Shown: piece after piece, positions 49,929 through 59,897 of the stretch
How positions within the stretch are numbered: position 1 is the stretch's first letter
Layout of the letters: each line of letters starts with the position of its first letter
Assembly (NCBI GenBank): GCA_013152275.1
Contig: JAADGS010000073.1
Coordinates: 1 to 64,000 of the forward strand
DNA from: Actinomycetota bacterium
GTDB lineage: Bacteria; Actinomycetota; Acidimicrobiia; Spongiisociales; UBA4744
Direction of reading: 5' to 3'
DNA length: 64,000 nt
Notes under the pieces: generated by a model
Seen by the model: only the letters and a program-made list of their open reading frames with translations
The model's database searches: none
Told to the model about the DNA's origin: nothing
Made by a program: the position numbers and the translations under genes

Positions 49929-52107
49929 CCTGCATCGGCGCCTTGGCATGACCGACGAGGAGTTCGACCGGGTCACCGAGATCCTCGGGCGGCCGCCGAA
50001 CGATCCCGAACTCGCCATGTACTCGGTGATGTGGTCCGAGCATTGCTCGTACAAGTCCTCGCGGCTCCATCTGAAGGACCTGCCCACCGAGGCGCCCTGG
50101 GTGGTGGTTGGACCCGGTGAGAACGCGGGAGTGGTCGACATCGGCGACGGTTGGCTGGCGGCGTTGCGGATCGAAAGCCACAACCATCCGTCATTTGTCG
50201 AGCCGTATCAAGGTGCCGCCACCGGTGTGGGGGGGATCCTGCGCGATATCTTCACGATGGGCGCCCGGCCCGTGGGGCTGTGGAACCAGATCCGGTTCGG
50301 CGAGTTGGACGATCCACACACTCGCTATCTGCTCGGTGGTGTGGTTGCAGGCATCGCCGGGTACGGGAACGCCGTCGGTGTGCCCACACTGGGCGGGGAA
50401 GTCGAGTTCGACGACAGTTACCGGGGAAACCCGCTGGTCAATGTGATGTGTCTTGGCATCCTGCGCAAGGAGCAGCTCGTGCTTGGGACCGCAGGTCCCC
50501 CAGGGTCGATCGCGGTTCTCCTTGGAGCGGCGACCGGTCGTGACGGGATCGGGGGAGCGTCCGTGCTCGCCTCCACCGGTTTCGACGAGCAGGCGGCCGC
50601 GAAACGGCCCGCCGTACAGGTCGGTGACCCCTACGAAGAGAAGAAGCTCATCGAGGCCTGCCTCGAACTGTATGAGCGTGATCTCGTCGTCGGTGTACAG
50701 GATCTTGGTGCTGCAGGACTCAGCTGTGCTGCGAGCGAGCCTGCCGCCAGGGCGCAGGTGGGTATGGATCTCGATCTCGACGCCGTCCATCTTCGCGAAC
50801 TCGGGATGACCGCCTCCGAGCTGCTCATGTCCGAATCGCAGGAACGCATGATGGCCTTCGTGTCGCCGGACAACGTCGATGAGGTACTTGCCGTCGCCCA
50901 ACGGTGGGAGATCGAGGCCGCCGTCGTCGGGTCGGTGCGGCCGGGCGACCGATTGCGGGTCCTGCATCACGGGCGCACCGTTGTCGACATTCCTGCTTCG
51001 AGTCTCTCCGATGATGCGCCGATGCTCGATCGTCCGGTTGCGAGACCGGACTGGATGAGCGATCTGTGGGCACACGAAGATCAGGTGTCCGGCATCCCGC
51101 TGGAAGCGTGCCTCGTCGCAATGATGGGTCATCCCTCTCTCGGAGACCCGTCGTGGATCTATGAGCAGTTCGATCACATGCTCTTTCTCAACACGGTCGT
51201 CGGGCCCGGACTCGACGGTTCGCTCATTCGCGTCCGCGGGACCTCGAAAGGTCTCGCCGTCTCCACCGACGGCAACGGTCTGACCTGTCATCTCGACCCG
51301 AGGCGAGGCGCCGCTCGACTCGTCTGGGAGGGGGCGCTCAACGTCGCGGTGCTTGGTGCCCGACCGATGGCGATCGTCGACAACCTCAACTTCGGCAACC
51401 CTGAGAACCCGGCGGTGATGTGGCAGTTCACCGAGACGCTTGCCGGTCTTTCGGAGGCGTGTGAGGCGCTGGACACGCCGATCGTCGGTGGCAATGTGTC
51501 GTTCTACAACGAGACCGACGGAGTGGACATCTTTCCTACGCCGATCGTCGGCATGCTCGGGCTTGCCGATCCGATGCCTCGGGTGCGTGCGAGAGGCGTC
51601 GAGCCCGGAATGTCGATCTTCGTGTGTGGTCCGCCTCAGAGCGAGAATGTCGCCGGGACGGCTTTTCAAAAGATCGTCCTCGGCACACATGGCGGCCGTC
51701 CGATCCCGTCCGACGCGGAGGTCGGCCGGCGGTCGATCGAGACGGCGATCCGGATTGCCCATACGGTCGACGGGGCGCTCCTGCATGACGTGGCGCGCGG
51801 TGGCGCCCTCGTCGCGCTCGTAGAGCTGCTCATTCCCGCCGGAAGCGGGGCCGCGATAGGCGCGCCGTCGTACGCCGAGGCGTTTGGCGAGGACCCGCAT
51901 CGTTTCGTGTGCCTCGTACCGGAGCGGCGGGTCCAGGACGTCGTGCGCATCGCCGAAGATGTCGGATGTCGTTTCGAGATGTGGGGAATCACCTCGGTCT
52001 CGGATCACCTGGAGTTCGACGACGGATCGCGCGTGCCTCTCGATCGGTTGAGGGACGCCTGGGCGGGCGCCATCGCTGCAAGGATGACGGGGGCGGCCCA
52101 TGGGTAG
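49921..52107 (+). CDS. purL: FGAM synthase subunit PurL
   Basis: [47 protein letters not shown]. Confidence 0.97.
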   Translation: MTDLHRRLGMTDEEFDRVTEILGRPPNDPELAMYSVMWSEHCSYKSSRLHLKDLPTEAPWVVVGPGENAGVVDIGDGWLAALRIESHNHPSFVEPYQGAATGVGGILRDIFTMGARPVGLWNQIRFGELDDPHTRYLLGGVVAGIAGYGNAVGVPTLGGEVEFDDSYRGNPLVNVMCLGILRKEQLVLGTAGPPGSIAVLLGAATGRDGIGGASVLASTGFDEQAAAKRPAVQVGDPYEEKKLIEACLELYERDLVVGVQDLGAAGLSCAASEPAARAQVGMDLDLDAVHLRELGMTASELLMSESQERMMAFVSPDNVDEVLAVAQRWEIEAAVVGSVRPGDRLRVLHHGRTVVDIPASSLSDDAPMLDRPVARPDWMSDLWAHEDQVSGIPLEACLVAMMGHPSLGDPSWIYEQFDHMLFLNTVVGPGLDGSLIRVRGTSKGLAVSTDGNGLTCHLDPRRGAARLVWEGALNVAVLGARPMAIVDNLNFGNPENPAVMWQFTETLAGLSEACEALDTPIVGGNVSFYNETDGVDIFPTPIVGMLGLADPMPRVRARGVEPGMSIFVCGPPQSENVAGTAFQKIVLGTHGGRPIPSDAEVGRRSIETAIRIAHTVDGALLHDVARGGALVALVELLIPAGSGAAIGAPSYAEAFGEDPHRFVCLVPERRVQDVVRIAEDVGCRFEMWGITSVSDHLEFDDGSRVPLDRLRDAWAGAIAARMTGAAHG

Positions 52108-53503
52108 CCCATTCGATCGCCCCGGAGAGGCCTGCGGGGTCTTCGGAGCCTTCGCACCGGGGTCCAACGTCGCCGGCCTCATCTACTTCGGGCTGTTTGC
52201 ACTGCAGCATCGCGGGCAGGAAAGCGCCGGCATAGCGGTCGGCAACGGGGAACAGCTGACGGCGTACAAGAACATGGGGCTGGTCGCGACGGTATTCGAC
52301 GAGAGCAAACTCGCCGGACTGCAAGGTTCGATCGGTATCGGGCACACGCGGTATTCGACGACCGGTTCGAGCACCTGGGACAACGCACAACCTTCGTTCC
52401 GGGGGCTCAGTGACCGCAGCATCGCGCTCGGACACAACGGCAATCTCATCAACACGGTCGAGCTCGCCGCCCGGCTGGGGTCTGCACCGGGGTCGACCGA
52501 CTCGGAGCTGATGACAGAAACGATCGCGCAGAAGATCCTCCAGGACCCGGGACTGTCGCTCGCCGATGCGATCGCCGAAGCGATGCCGGAGTTCGAGGGC
52601 GCCTACACGCTCGTGGTGATGGATGAGTCCACCGTCGCCGCGGCGCGCGACCCCCACGGATTCCGCCCGCTCTCGCTCGGCCGGTTGCCGACCGGCGGCC
52701 ACGTCGTCGCATCCGAGACCGCTGCACTCGACATCGTCGGTGCCGACTTCGTGCGTGACATCGAACCGGGGGAGGTCATCGTGCTCACCGACGCCGGAGT
52801 CGAGTCACGATTCCCCATGGAGCCCGCCGATTCGTGCCTGTGCGTATTCGAGTACGTCTATTTTGCCCGTCCGGACAGCGTCGTCGCCGGTCAGAACATA
52901 CACGGTGCACGGGTGGCGATGGGGATCCGACTGGCAGAAGAAAGCCCTGTGGAGGCCGATGTCGTGGTGCCGATTCCCGAATCCGGCATCCCGGCTGCGC
53001 AGGGGTTTGCCGCGGCGTCCGGGATCCCCTACCGGGACGGGCTCGTGAAGAACCGGTATGTGGGGCGCACGTTCATCGAGCCGGAGCAGATCGTGCGCGA
53101 CCGGGGGATCCGGATGAAACTCAACCCGATTCGTGAGACGCTGGACGGCCGCCGGGTGATTCTCGTCGACGACTCGATCGTTCGCGGTTCCACGACGCGC
53201 AAACTCGTGGAGTTGGTACGCGGTGCCGGGGCGACCGAGGTGCATTTGCGGGTTTCCTCACCCCCGTACCGTTGGCCCTGTTACTACGGGATGGACACGT
53301 CCGATCGTTCGAGCCTGCTTGCCGCGCACCGATCCGAAGAAGAGATCGCGGACTTTCTCGAGGTCGACTCGCTCGGATACCTGAGCCTCGACGGTCTCCT
53401 CGATTCGCTGCCGAACGCCAACCAGTCGTTCTGTACGGCGTGTCTGTCCGGCGACTATCCGACCGCGATCGGGAACCACAAGTTCGTTCGGGAGGAGGCA
53501 TGA
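52100..53503 (+). CDS. purF: Amidophosphoribosyltransferase (propeptide, Fe-S type)
   Basis: [42 protein letters not shown]. Confidence 0.97.
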   Translation: MGSPFDRPGEACGVFGAFAPGSNVAGLIYFGLFALQHRGQESAGIAVGNGEQLTAYKNMGLVATVFDESKLAGLQGSIGIGHTRYSTTGSSTWDNAQPSFRGLSDRSIALGHNGNLINTVELAARLGSAPGSTDSELMTETIAQKILQDPGLSLADAIAEAMPEFEGAYTLVVMDESTVAAARDPHGFRPLSLGRLPTGGHVVASETAALDIVGADFVRDIEPGEVIVLTDAGVESRFPMEPADSCLCVFEYVYFARPDSVVAGQNIHGARVAMGIRLAEESPVEADVVVPIPESGIPAAQGFAAASGIPYRDGLVKNRYVGRTFIEPEQIVRDRGIRMKLNPIRETLDGRRVILVDDSIVRGSTTRKLVELVRGAGATEVHLRVSSPPYRWPCYYGMDTSDRSSLLAAHRSEEEIADFLEVDSLGYLSLDGLLDSLPNANQSFCTACLSGDYPTAIGNHKFVREEA

Positions 53504-54510
53504 ACTCATACACCGACGCCGGTGTGGACGTGGCGGCCGGCGATCGTTTCGCCGAGACGATCGCAGCGTGTGTTCGCGCCACATGGGGTGCCAATGTCGT
53601 CGGTACGTTCGGGAGCTTCGCCGCCGGAGTGACGATCCCTGCAGGCTACGACGAGCCGGTCATCATGATGACGACCGACGGTGTGGGCACGAAGGTCGAA
53701 CTCGCCCGAATCTTGGGGAGGTTCGAGGGGATCGGTACGGATCTCGTCGCGATGTGTGTCGACGACCTCGCAGCGCTCGGAGCGGCTCCGCTCGGTTTCA
53801 CCGATTATCTGGCCGTCGGTGCGCTCGATCCCGAGCGCGACGAGGCGATCGTCGCTTCGGTCGCGGCAGCCTGTCGCGAGGCCGGGTGCGCCCTGTTGGG
53901 CGGTGAGACGGCCATCCATCCCGGCGTTCTGGAGCCTGCACAGTTCGATGTGGCGGGTGCCGCGATCGGCGTGGTCGAGCGGTTGGCGATCCCCGACCCG
54001 GCGTCTGTCGCCGTCGGGGATGCGGTCATCGGCGTGGCAAGCCCCAACGTGCGATCGAACGGGTTCTCGCTGGTGCGCTCGATCTTCGACGTGGAGGACT
54101 TTGCGTCGCCTGTTCCCGGAACGAACCAGACCGTGGGTGACGTGCTGCTGGAACCGTCGGTGCTCTACGTGCCGGCCGTGCTCGCCGTTGCCGGCCAGGT
54201 CGACGTACACGGGTTCGTTCACGTGACCGGTGGGGGCATCCCGGGCAACGTTCCCCGGGCACTCCCCGAAGGGCTCGGTGCGACGATCGACACGACGGCA
54301 TGGGTCGTCCCTCCGATCTTCGATCTGATCGCGCGGCGCGGACGAGTGGAACCGGCCGAGATGCTCTGTACGTTCAACATGGGCATCGGGTTCGTGCTGA
54401 TCGTCGATCCGGCCGATGGGCGGCGGACGGTCGACCTGCTCGCCGAGCACGATCATCAAGCGTGGGTGATCGGCGAGATCGTGCCGGGTTCGGAGATTCT
54501 CTTCGCGTAG
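53500..54510 (+). CDS. purM: AIR synthase
   Basis: YTDAGVD, TDGVGTK, DLVAMCVDD, GGETA, HVTGGG, FNMGIG. Confidence 0.96.
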   Translation: MNSYTDAGVDVAAGDRFAETIAACVRATWGANVVGTFGSFAAGVTIPAGYDEPVIMMTTDGVGTKVELARILGRFEGIGTDLVAMCVDDLAALGAAPLGFTDYLAVGALDPERDEAIVASVAAACREAGCALLGGETAIHPGVLEPAQFDVAGAAIGVVERLAIPDPASVAVGDAVIGVASPNVRSNGFSLVRSIFDVEDFASPVPGTNQTVGDVLLEPSVLYVPAVLAVAGQVDVHGFVHVTGGGIPGNVPRALPEGLGATIDTTAWVVPPIFDLIARRGRVEPAEMLCTFNMGIGFVLIVDPADGRRTVDLLAEHDHQAWVIGEIVPGSEILFA

Positions 54511-54516
54511 GTCGTG

Positions 54517-55008
54517 TCACGGCTCGAGGGCGAGACCCTCCACGATCTGTACGTGGGGCAACCGGGCGAACACCTCGGGTGAGGTCTTGATCTTCGCCGA
54601 GCGGCTCCCCGCGCCAAAGATGGCCCAGTCGAGATCCATGATTCGGGCGTCGACGAAGAGGGGCATCGTCTCGGGCAGCGCGAACGGTGTCACACCTCCG
54701 ATCAGCATTCCCGTCAGCTCTTTCGTTGTCTCGGCGGGAGCGAAGCTGAGCTTCTTCACGCCGAGCAAGTCTCGGACCTTGTGGTTGACATCGAGGCGCG
54801 TCGTGGCGAGAACGACACAGGCGGCGTGTACTCCCGCCGGCTTGCGAGATGCGACAACGATGGTGTTGGCGGCCTTCTCGGGTGGGTAGTCGTAGTGGGC
54901 GCAGAAGGCGGCCGTGTCGGCGAGATCGGGGTCGCAGTCGATTATCTCGTAGTCCGTGCAGAGTTCATCGAGATGGGCGGCGACGGATTGGAGAATTGGG
55001 TCGGACAC
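54517..55008 (-). CDS. YbaK/EbsC aminoacyl-tRNA deacylase family protein
   Basis: KLSFA..ETTKELTGMLIGGVTPFALP; GAGSR. Confidence 0.85.
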   Translation of the reverse strand: MSDPILQSVAAHLDELCTDYEIIDCDPDLADTAAFCAHYDYPPEKAANTIVVASRKPAGVHAACVVLATTRLDVNHKVRDLLGVKKLSFAPAETTKELTGMLIGGVTPFALPETMPLFVDARIMDLDWAIFGAGSRSAKIKTSPEVFARLPHVQIVEGLALEP

Positions 55009-55050
55009 TTGCGCATCGTACCCACGAGACGCCCGCACGCCGACCCTTTT

Positions 55051-55106
55051 CCCGTTCTCGTGACGGTTGGTCAGGACTATTCCCGTGAAGCGTCACGAGA
55101 ACGGGT
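55051..55106. repeat. Palindromic repeat family B, copy 2 (inverted relative to copy 1)
   Basis: CCCGTTCTCGTGACG ... CGTCACGAGAACGGG; reverse complement closely matches 17519-17575 including the loop. Confidence 0.88.
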
Positions 55107-55120
55107 GGATGTTGCAGGCC

Positions 55121-56641
55121 CTAGTGTCGGAAGTGCCTCCGCCCGGTGAACATCAGCACGATGCCCCGCTCGTTGGCCGCATCGATCACTTCCTGGTCGT
55201 TCACCGAGCCGCCCGTCTCCACGATTGCGACGACTCCTGCATCCGCCAGTGTGTCGAGGCCATCTCGAAACGGGATGAGGGCCTCGCTGGCGGCGACGGC
55301 ACCCGAAAGCCGATCGCCGGCCTGATCGACCGCCCGCTTGGCGGCCCCGACGCGGCTCTGATCGCCGACACCGATGCCGACGGCTGCATCGTCTTGCACG
55401 ATCACGATGCTGTTCGATTTGCAGTGTGCTCCGACCGTCCAGGCAAGTCGGAGCTGGCCGATCTGCTCGGGAGTGGGCCGGGTCACCGAGACGGTCGTCC
55501 ACTCACCGATCTCCTGGCGGTCCGCGTCCTGGACGAGCGCTCCACCACCGATCATTCTCACGTCGAGCACCGGTTGTTCGGGAGGACGGGCGATCAGGAC
55601 GCGCAGGTTCTTCTTCTTGGTCAGGATTGCCGCCGCCTCGTCGGTGATGGCCGGGCAGATGACGACTTCGAGGAACATCTTGGCCATCTCCGATGCCGTG
55701 TCGCCGTCGAGGGCCTCGTTGACCGCTACGACACCGCCGAACGCCGAGAGCGGGTCGCAATCTCTGGCAGCGACAAACGCCTCGTAGGCGGAGGAGCGTT
55801 GCGCGACGCCACACGGGTTCAGATGTTTGACGACCACACATCCTGGATGGTCGATCCGGTTGACCAGGCGCCACGTCGACTCGGCGTCGGCGTAGTTGTT
55901 GAACGACAGATCCTTGCCTTGGAGTTGGTGCGCGTCGAAGACCCAGCCCCCTGCTCCTGCCTGTCGGTACAGTGCGGCTCGTTGGTGGGGATTCTCACCG
56001 TACCGGAGCGGCTTCACCCGGTCGAGGGCGAGGAGCAGGTGCTCGCCCATGCCCTCTCCGTTCAACCAGGCGTGAATGAGTGCGTCGTACCTGCCGGTGT
56101 GGGCGAAGGCCTCCGTGGCCAGACGGCGTCGCTCGGCACTCGTGGTGCCCCCTCGGGCCACGGATTCGATGATGAACTCGTAGTCGGACGGGTCTGTAAC
56201 CACCGCCACACGGCCATGGTTCTTTGCCGCGGCGCGGATCATCGCAGGTCCCCCGATGTCGATGTTCTCGATGATCTCGTGCTCGCCCTTGCCCGATGCG
56301 ACGGTTTCGGCGAACGGATACAGGTTGGCCACGAGCAGGTCGATCGGCACGATGTCTGCGGTTTCCAGGTCGTGCAGGTGGTCGGGGTTGTTCGTGTCTG
56401 CGAGCAGCGCCCCATGGATCTTCGGATGCAGCGTCTTGACACGTCCATCGAGCATCTCCGGCGATCCGGTCAGCTCAGAGACCGCCATGGCGGGGACCCC
56501 GAGTTCGGTCAGCGCTCTACGGGTGCCCCCGGAGGCGACGACCTGCACCCCCGCCTCGACGAGAGCAGAGCCAAGCCGGTCGAGACCCGTCTTGTCCGAG
56601 ACCGAGATCAGAGCTCTGCGGATGGGAATACGTTCGGTCAT
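55121..56641 (-). CDS. purH: AICAR transformylase / IMP cyclohydrolase
   Basis: RALISVSDK, GRVKTLHP, IDIGGP, LRYGENPHQ, KHLNPCG, RHFRH. Confidence 0.97.
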   Translation of the reverse strand: MTERIPIRRALISVSDKTGLDRLGSALVEAGVQVVASGGTRRALTELGVPAMAVSELTGSPEMLDGRVKTLHPKIHGALLADTNNPDHLHDLETADIVPIDLLVANLYPFAETVASGKGEHEIIENIDIGGPAMIRAAAKNHGRVAVVTDPSDYEFIIESVARGGTTSAERRRLATEAFAHTGRYDALIHAWLNGEGMGEHLLLALDRVKPLRYGENPHQRAALYRQAGAGGWVFDAHQLQGKDLSFNNYADAESTWRLVNRIDHPGCVVVKHLNPCGVAQRSSAYEAFVAARDCDPLSAFGGVVAVNEALDGDTASEMAKMFLEVVICPAITDEAAAILTKKKNLRVLIARPPEQPVLDVRMIGGGALVQDADRQEIGEWTTVSVTRPTPEQIGQLRLAWTVGAHCKSNSIVIVQDDAAVGIGVGDQSRVGAAKRAVDQAGDRLSGAVAASEALIPFRDGLDTLADAGVVAIVETGGSVNDQEVIDAANERGIVLMFTGRRHFRH

Positions 56642-57237
56642 GACCAGGTCACCTCGTTGTTGCTGACAGTGATACGTCCGGCGGCCAGTGCGTCGACGAC
56701 CGCCGGATAGAGATCGTGCTCCTGGATCTGGATCCTCGCGTGGAGACGGGCCACATCGTCTCCAGGCAGCACCGGAACGGTGCGCTGGGCGATGATCGGG
56801 CCCGCGTCGACGTCCTCGACGACGAAATGGACGGTCACACCGGTCGTTTCGACTCCGGCCGCAAGTGCCGTTTCCACCGCATGTGCGCCAGGAAACGCCG
56901 GGAGCAGCGAAGGGTGGATGTTGACGATGCGGTTCGGGAAACGGCTGATCGCAATCGGCGCAAGGACTCGCATGAACCCGGCGAGGATCACCCACTCACA
57001 GCCGTGCTCGTCGATGACGTCGCACACCGCAGTCGTGAACGACCGCCGGTTCGGGAAGTCGTTCCACGGGAGCAGCACCGTCGGGACGCCGTGCTCCTCG
57101 GCCCATCGGAGCCCTGTCGCCTCTCGATCTGCGATCACGACCGCAACGCGGTATGTGCTGGTGTGCTGGTTTTCGAGGAGTCTTTGCAGGTTCGATCCGC
57201 TGCCTGAGATCAGCACGGCGATGGGCACGGACGGCAC
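56638..57237 (-). CDS. purN: GAR transformylase
   Basis: ISGSGSNL, LAGFM, NIHPSLLP, TVHFV, DAGPII; GTG start 7 nt after TATGCT. Confidence 0.95.
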   Translation of the reverse strand: MPSVPIAVLISGSGSNLQRLLENQHTSTYRVAVVIADREATGLRWAEEHGVPTVLLPWNDFPNRRSFTTAVCDVIDEHGCEWVILAGFMRVLAPIAISRFPNRIVNIHPSLLPAFPGAHAVETALAAGVETTGVTVHFVVEDVDAGPIIAQRTVPVLPGDDVARLHARIQIQEHDLYPAVVDALAAGRITVSNNEVTWS

Positions 57238-57392
57238 GGACGGCAGCATAGTGCTCCGGCACGGTGACCTGGCGTGAGCGAAGGGCGCCTGCTTCATCGA
57301 TGCGCGGCGAAGGAAAGGGGGACACCGAAGAGGAATCGACGGGACGGGGCCGATCCGGCGACCCGGTCTCAGGGTCGATTACCCTGCGATCC

Positions 57393-58175
57393 ATGGCCGG
57401 ATTCCTCACCCTCACAGATACAGACGCCGTCAGGACGCTCACGATGTCCAACCCGGGACGCAAGAACGCCGTCCCTGCGACTGCGTGGAGCCTGCTCACG
57501 GAAGCGTTCGAGGCGTTCGAGGCCTCCGATCGGCGCGTACTGATCCTGAAGGGGGCGCACGGAGATTTCTGTGCGGGTGCCGACATGAACAAGCCGACGT
57601 TGGACACAACGCCGAGTGCCGCAGACAACGCCGCGCGCATGCGCGTCATCAGCAGGGCGGTGACCGCCCTCCACCGGATCACCAAACCGACGATCGCGGC
57701 GGTCGACGGTGTCGCCGTGGGGGCGGGCATGAACATGGCGATCGGGTGCGACATCGCCATAGCCACGGAACGGGCGCGGTTCTCGGAGATCTTCGTCAAG
57801 CGTGGCCTGACGTTGGATTTCGGTGGAACATGGCTGCTGCCACGCCTCGTGGGTCTTGCACGAGCTCGAGAACTGGCGCTCACCGGGCGCATCGTCCACG
57901 CGCGTGAGGCGCTCGACCTCGGACTCGTGGCCTCCGTCGTGGCGGTCGAGCATCTCGATGAGACGGTCGATGAGCTTGCAGCCGAGCTGGCGAAGGGTGC
58001 GCCGCTGGCGCAGGCGTTCATCAAGCGAGCGCTCGACCGGTCATCGTCGATGACGTTCGAGCAGACGCTCGCGTTCGAGGAGCACGCCCAGGCGATCCTG
58101 CTGGGTTCCGAAGATCTCGAAGAGGGCGCCGCTGCCTTCATCGCCAAACGCGAGCCGCGCTTCCGAGGCCGCTGA
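57393..58175 (+). CDS. Enoyl-CoA hydratase/isomerase family protein
   Basis: FCAGADM, KPTIAAVDGVAVGAG, CDI, RGLTLDFG, PRFRGR. Confidence 0.92.
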   Translation: MAGFLTLTDTDAVRTLTMSNPGRKNAVPATAWSLLTEAFEAFEASDRRVLILKGAHGDFCAGADMNKPTLDTTPSAADNAARMRVISRAVTALHRITKPTIAAVDGVAVGAGMNMAIGCDIAIATERARFSEIFVKRGLTLDFGGTWLLPRLVGLARARELALTGRIVHAREALDLGLVASVVAVEHLDETVDELAAELAKGAPLAQAFIKRALDRSSSMTFEQTLAFEEHAQAILLGSEDLEEGAAAFIAKREPRFRGR

Positions 58176-58298
58176 AGCGCACAGCGCGACGTGACGACGG
58201 TGCCTCGTGCCGCGTCCGGACACATCGGAGAGGTTTGAGCCTCGTCACCTCCGAACGGTACCGAGCGAGCGCCCGCTCGGTTAGGTACGATGGTTCCA

Positions 58299-59897
58299 AT
58301 GGAGATGATCCGGTCCACGATCGACCCCCGGTCGGCGGAGTTCTCGGCCTACCGCGCCGCGATGCTCGAAGCCACCGAGATGGTCGCCGCCGAGCACCGC
58401 AAGGTCCTCACCATCGGTGGAGAGCGATACATCGAACGGCACCGCGCCAGAGGCAAGCTGCTGGTGCGTGAGCGGATCGACCGGATCATCGACCCCGACA
58501 CTCCTTTCCTCGAGCTGATGCCGCTCGCCGGGTGGGGCGGCAACGACCCTCTCGGCGCATCCAGCGTGGCGGGGATCGGGATCGTCTCCGGTGTCGAGAC
58601 CCTCATCACCGGTTCCGATCTGACCGTGAAGGGAGGGACGGCGACCGCCACCGGTGTCCGCAAGGCTCTCCGGGCCCAAGAGATAGCGTTGCGCAACCGG
58701 TTGCCGTATCTCCAGATGGTCGAATCCGGCGGGGCGGCACTCGACCAGCAGGCAGAGGTCTTCGTCCCCGGCGGCGCCACGTTCAAGAACTACACGCGGC
58801 TGTCCGCAGCCGGCATCCCCGTCATCTCGCTCGTCTTCGGATCCTCCACCGCGGGAGGCGCCTACCAGCCGGGGATGAGCGACTACGTGGTGATGGTGAA
58901 GAACCAGGCGGAGGTCTACCTTGGCGGTCCGCCGCTGGTCAAGATGGCAATCGACGAAGATGCCGACCCCGAGGCCCTCGGCGGGGCAGAGATGCATTCG
59001 CGCATCTCGGGGCTCTCCGATTACCTGGCGGTCGACGAGATGGACGCCCTCCGTATCGGACGCGGCATCATGGCGCACCTCAACTGGCGGAAGCTCGGAC
59101 CCGGTCCGTCCCTGCCGCCGGACCCTCCCGTCTACGACACCGACGAACTCCTGGGCATCGTTCCCGATGACCTTCGCGTCCCGTTCGACATGCGCGAGAT
59201 CCTCGCGCGCATCCTCGACGGGAGCCGTCTCGAGGAGTTCAAGCCGCTCTACGGAACGCAGCTCGTCGCCGGCTGGGGATCGATCTGGGGATACCCGATC
59301 GGCGTTCTCGCCAACAACGGAATCCTCTTCTCCCAGGAATCCCAGAAGGGAACCCAATTCATCCAGCTGTGCAACCAGATCGACACGCCGATCGTGTTCC
59401 TACAGAACATCACCGGGTTCATGGTCGGAACCACCTACGAACAGGGCGGCATCATCAAGCACGGCTCGCAGCTCATCAACGCCGTCTCCAACAGCACCGT
59501 ACCCCACTTCACCCTGATGATCGGCGCCTCGTACGGGGCGGGGAACTACGCCATGGCGGGAAGGGCGTACGATCCACGGTTCGTGTTCACGTGGCCGTCG
59601 CACCGGATCGGCGTGATGGGAGGAAAGCAGCTCGCAGGCGTTCTCGACATCGTTGCCCGATCTTCGGCTGCCTCCAGGGGCGAGGAGGTCGACGAGGAGA
59701 ACCTGGAGCAGCGCAAGCAGTTCCTCGAGATGAAGATGGACCATGAGTCGCAGGCTCTGTACGCAACCGGCAGGATCTGGGACGACGGCATCGTCGACCC
59801 GCGTGCATCCAGGACGGTGCTCGGGATCGCCATCTCCGCGGCCCACAATCAGGTCATCGAGGGGGTCAAGGGGGGCTGGGGAGTGTTCCGGATGTGA
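58299..59897 (+). CDS. Acyl-CoA carboxylase carboxyltransferase subunit (AtuC/MccB-like)
   Basis: RGKLLVRERI, VESGGA, GSSTAGGAY, LGGPPLVK, QNITGFMVG, SYGAGNY, GVFRM. Confidence 0.92.
   Translation: MEMIRSTIDPRSAEFSAYRAAMLEATEMVAAEHRKVLTIGGERYIERHRARGKLLVRERIDRIIDPDTPFLELMPLAGWGGNDPLGASSVAGIGIVSGVETLITGSDLTVKGGTATATGVRKALRAQEIALRNRLPYLQMVESGGAALDQQAEVFVPGGATFKNYTRLSAAGIPVISLVFGSSTAGGAYQPGMSDYVVMVKNQAEVYLGGPPLVKMAIDEDADPEALGGAEMHSRISGLSDYLAVDEMDALRIGRGIMAHLNWRKLGPGPSLPPDPPVYDTDELLGIVPDDLRVPFDMREILARILDGSRLEEFKPLYGTQLVAGWGSIWGYPIGVLANNGILFSQESQKGTQFIQLCNQIDTPIVFLQNITGFMVGTTYEQGGIIKHGSQLINAVSNSTVPHFTLMIGASYGAGNYAMAGRAYDPRFVFTWPSHRIGVMGGKQLAGVLDIVARSSAASRGEEVDEENLEQRKQFLEMKMDHESQALYATGRIWDDGIVDPRASRTVLGIAISAAHNQVIEGVKGGWGVFRM

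Noticed and set aside
17519..55106. Inversion between the two family B repeats as the cause of purNH relocation
   Set aside because: Inverting the intervening segment would not restore sucD-purN-purH-folD order
57250..57392. ZTP (pfl) riboswitch expected upstream of purN-purH
   Set aside because: No recognisable consensus on the minus strand, and purN appears leaderless
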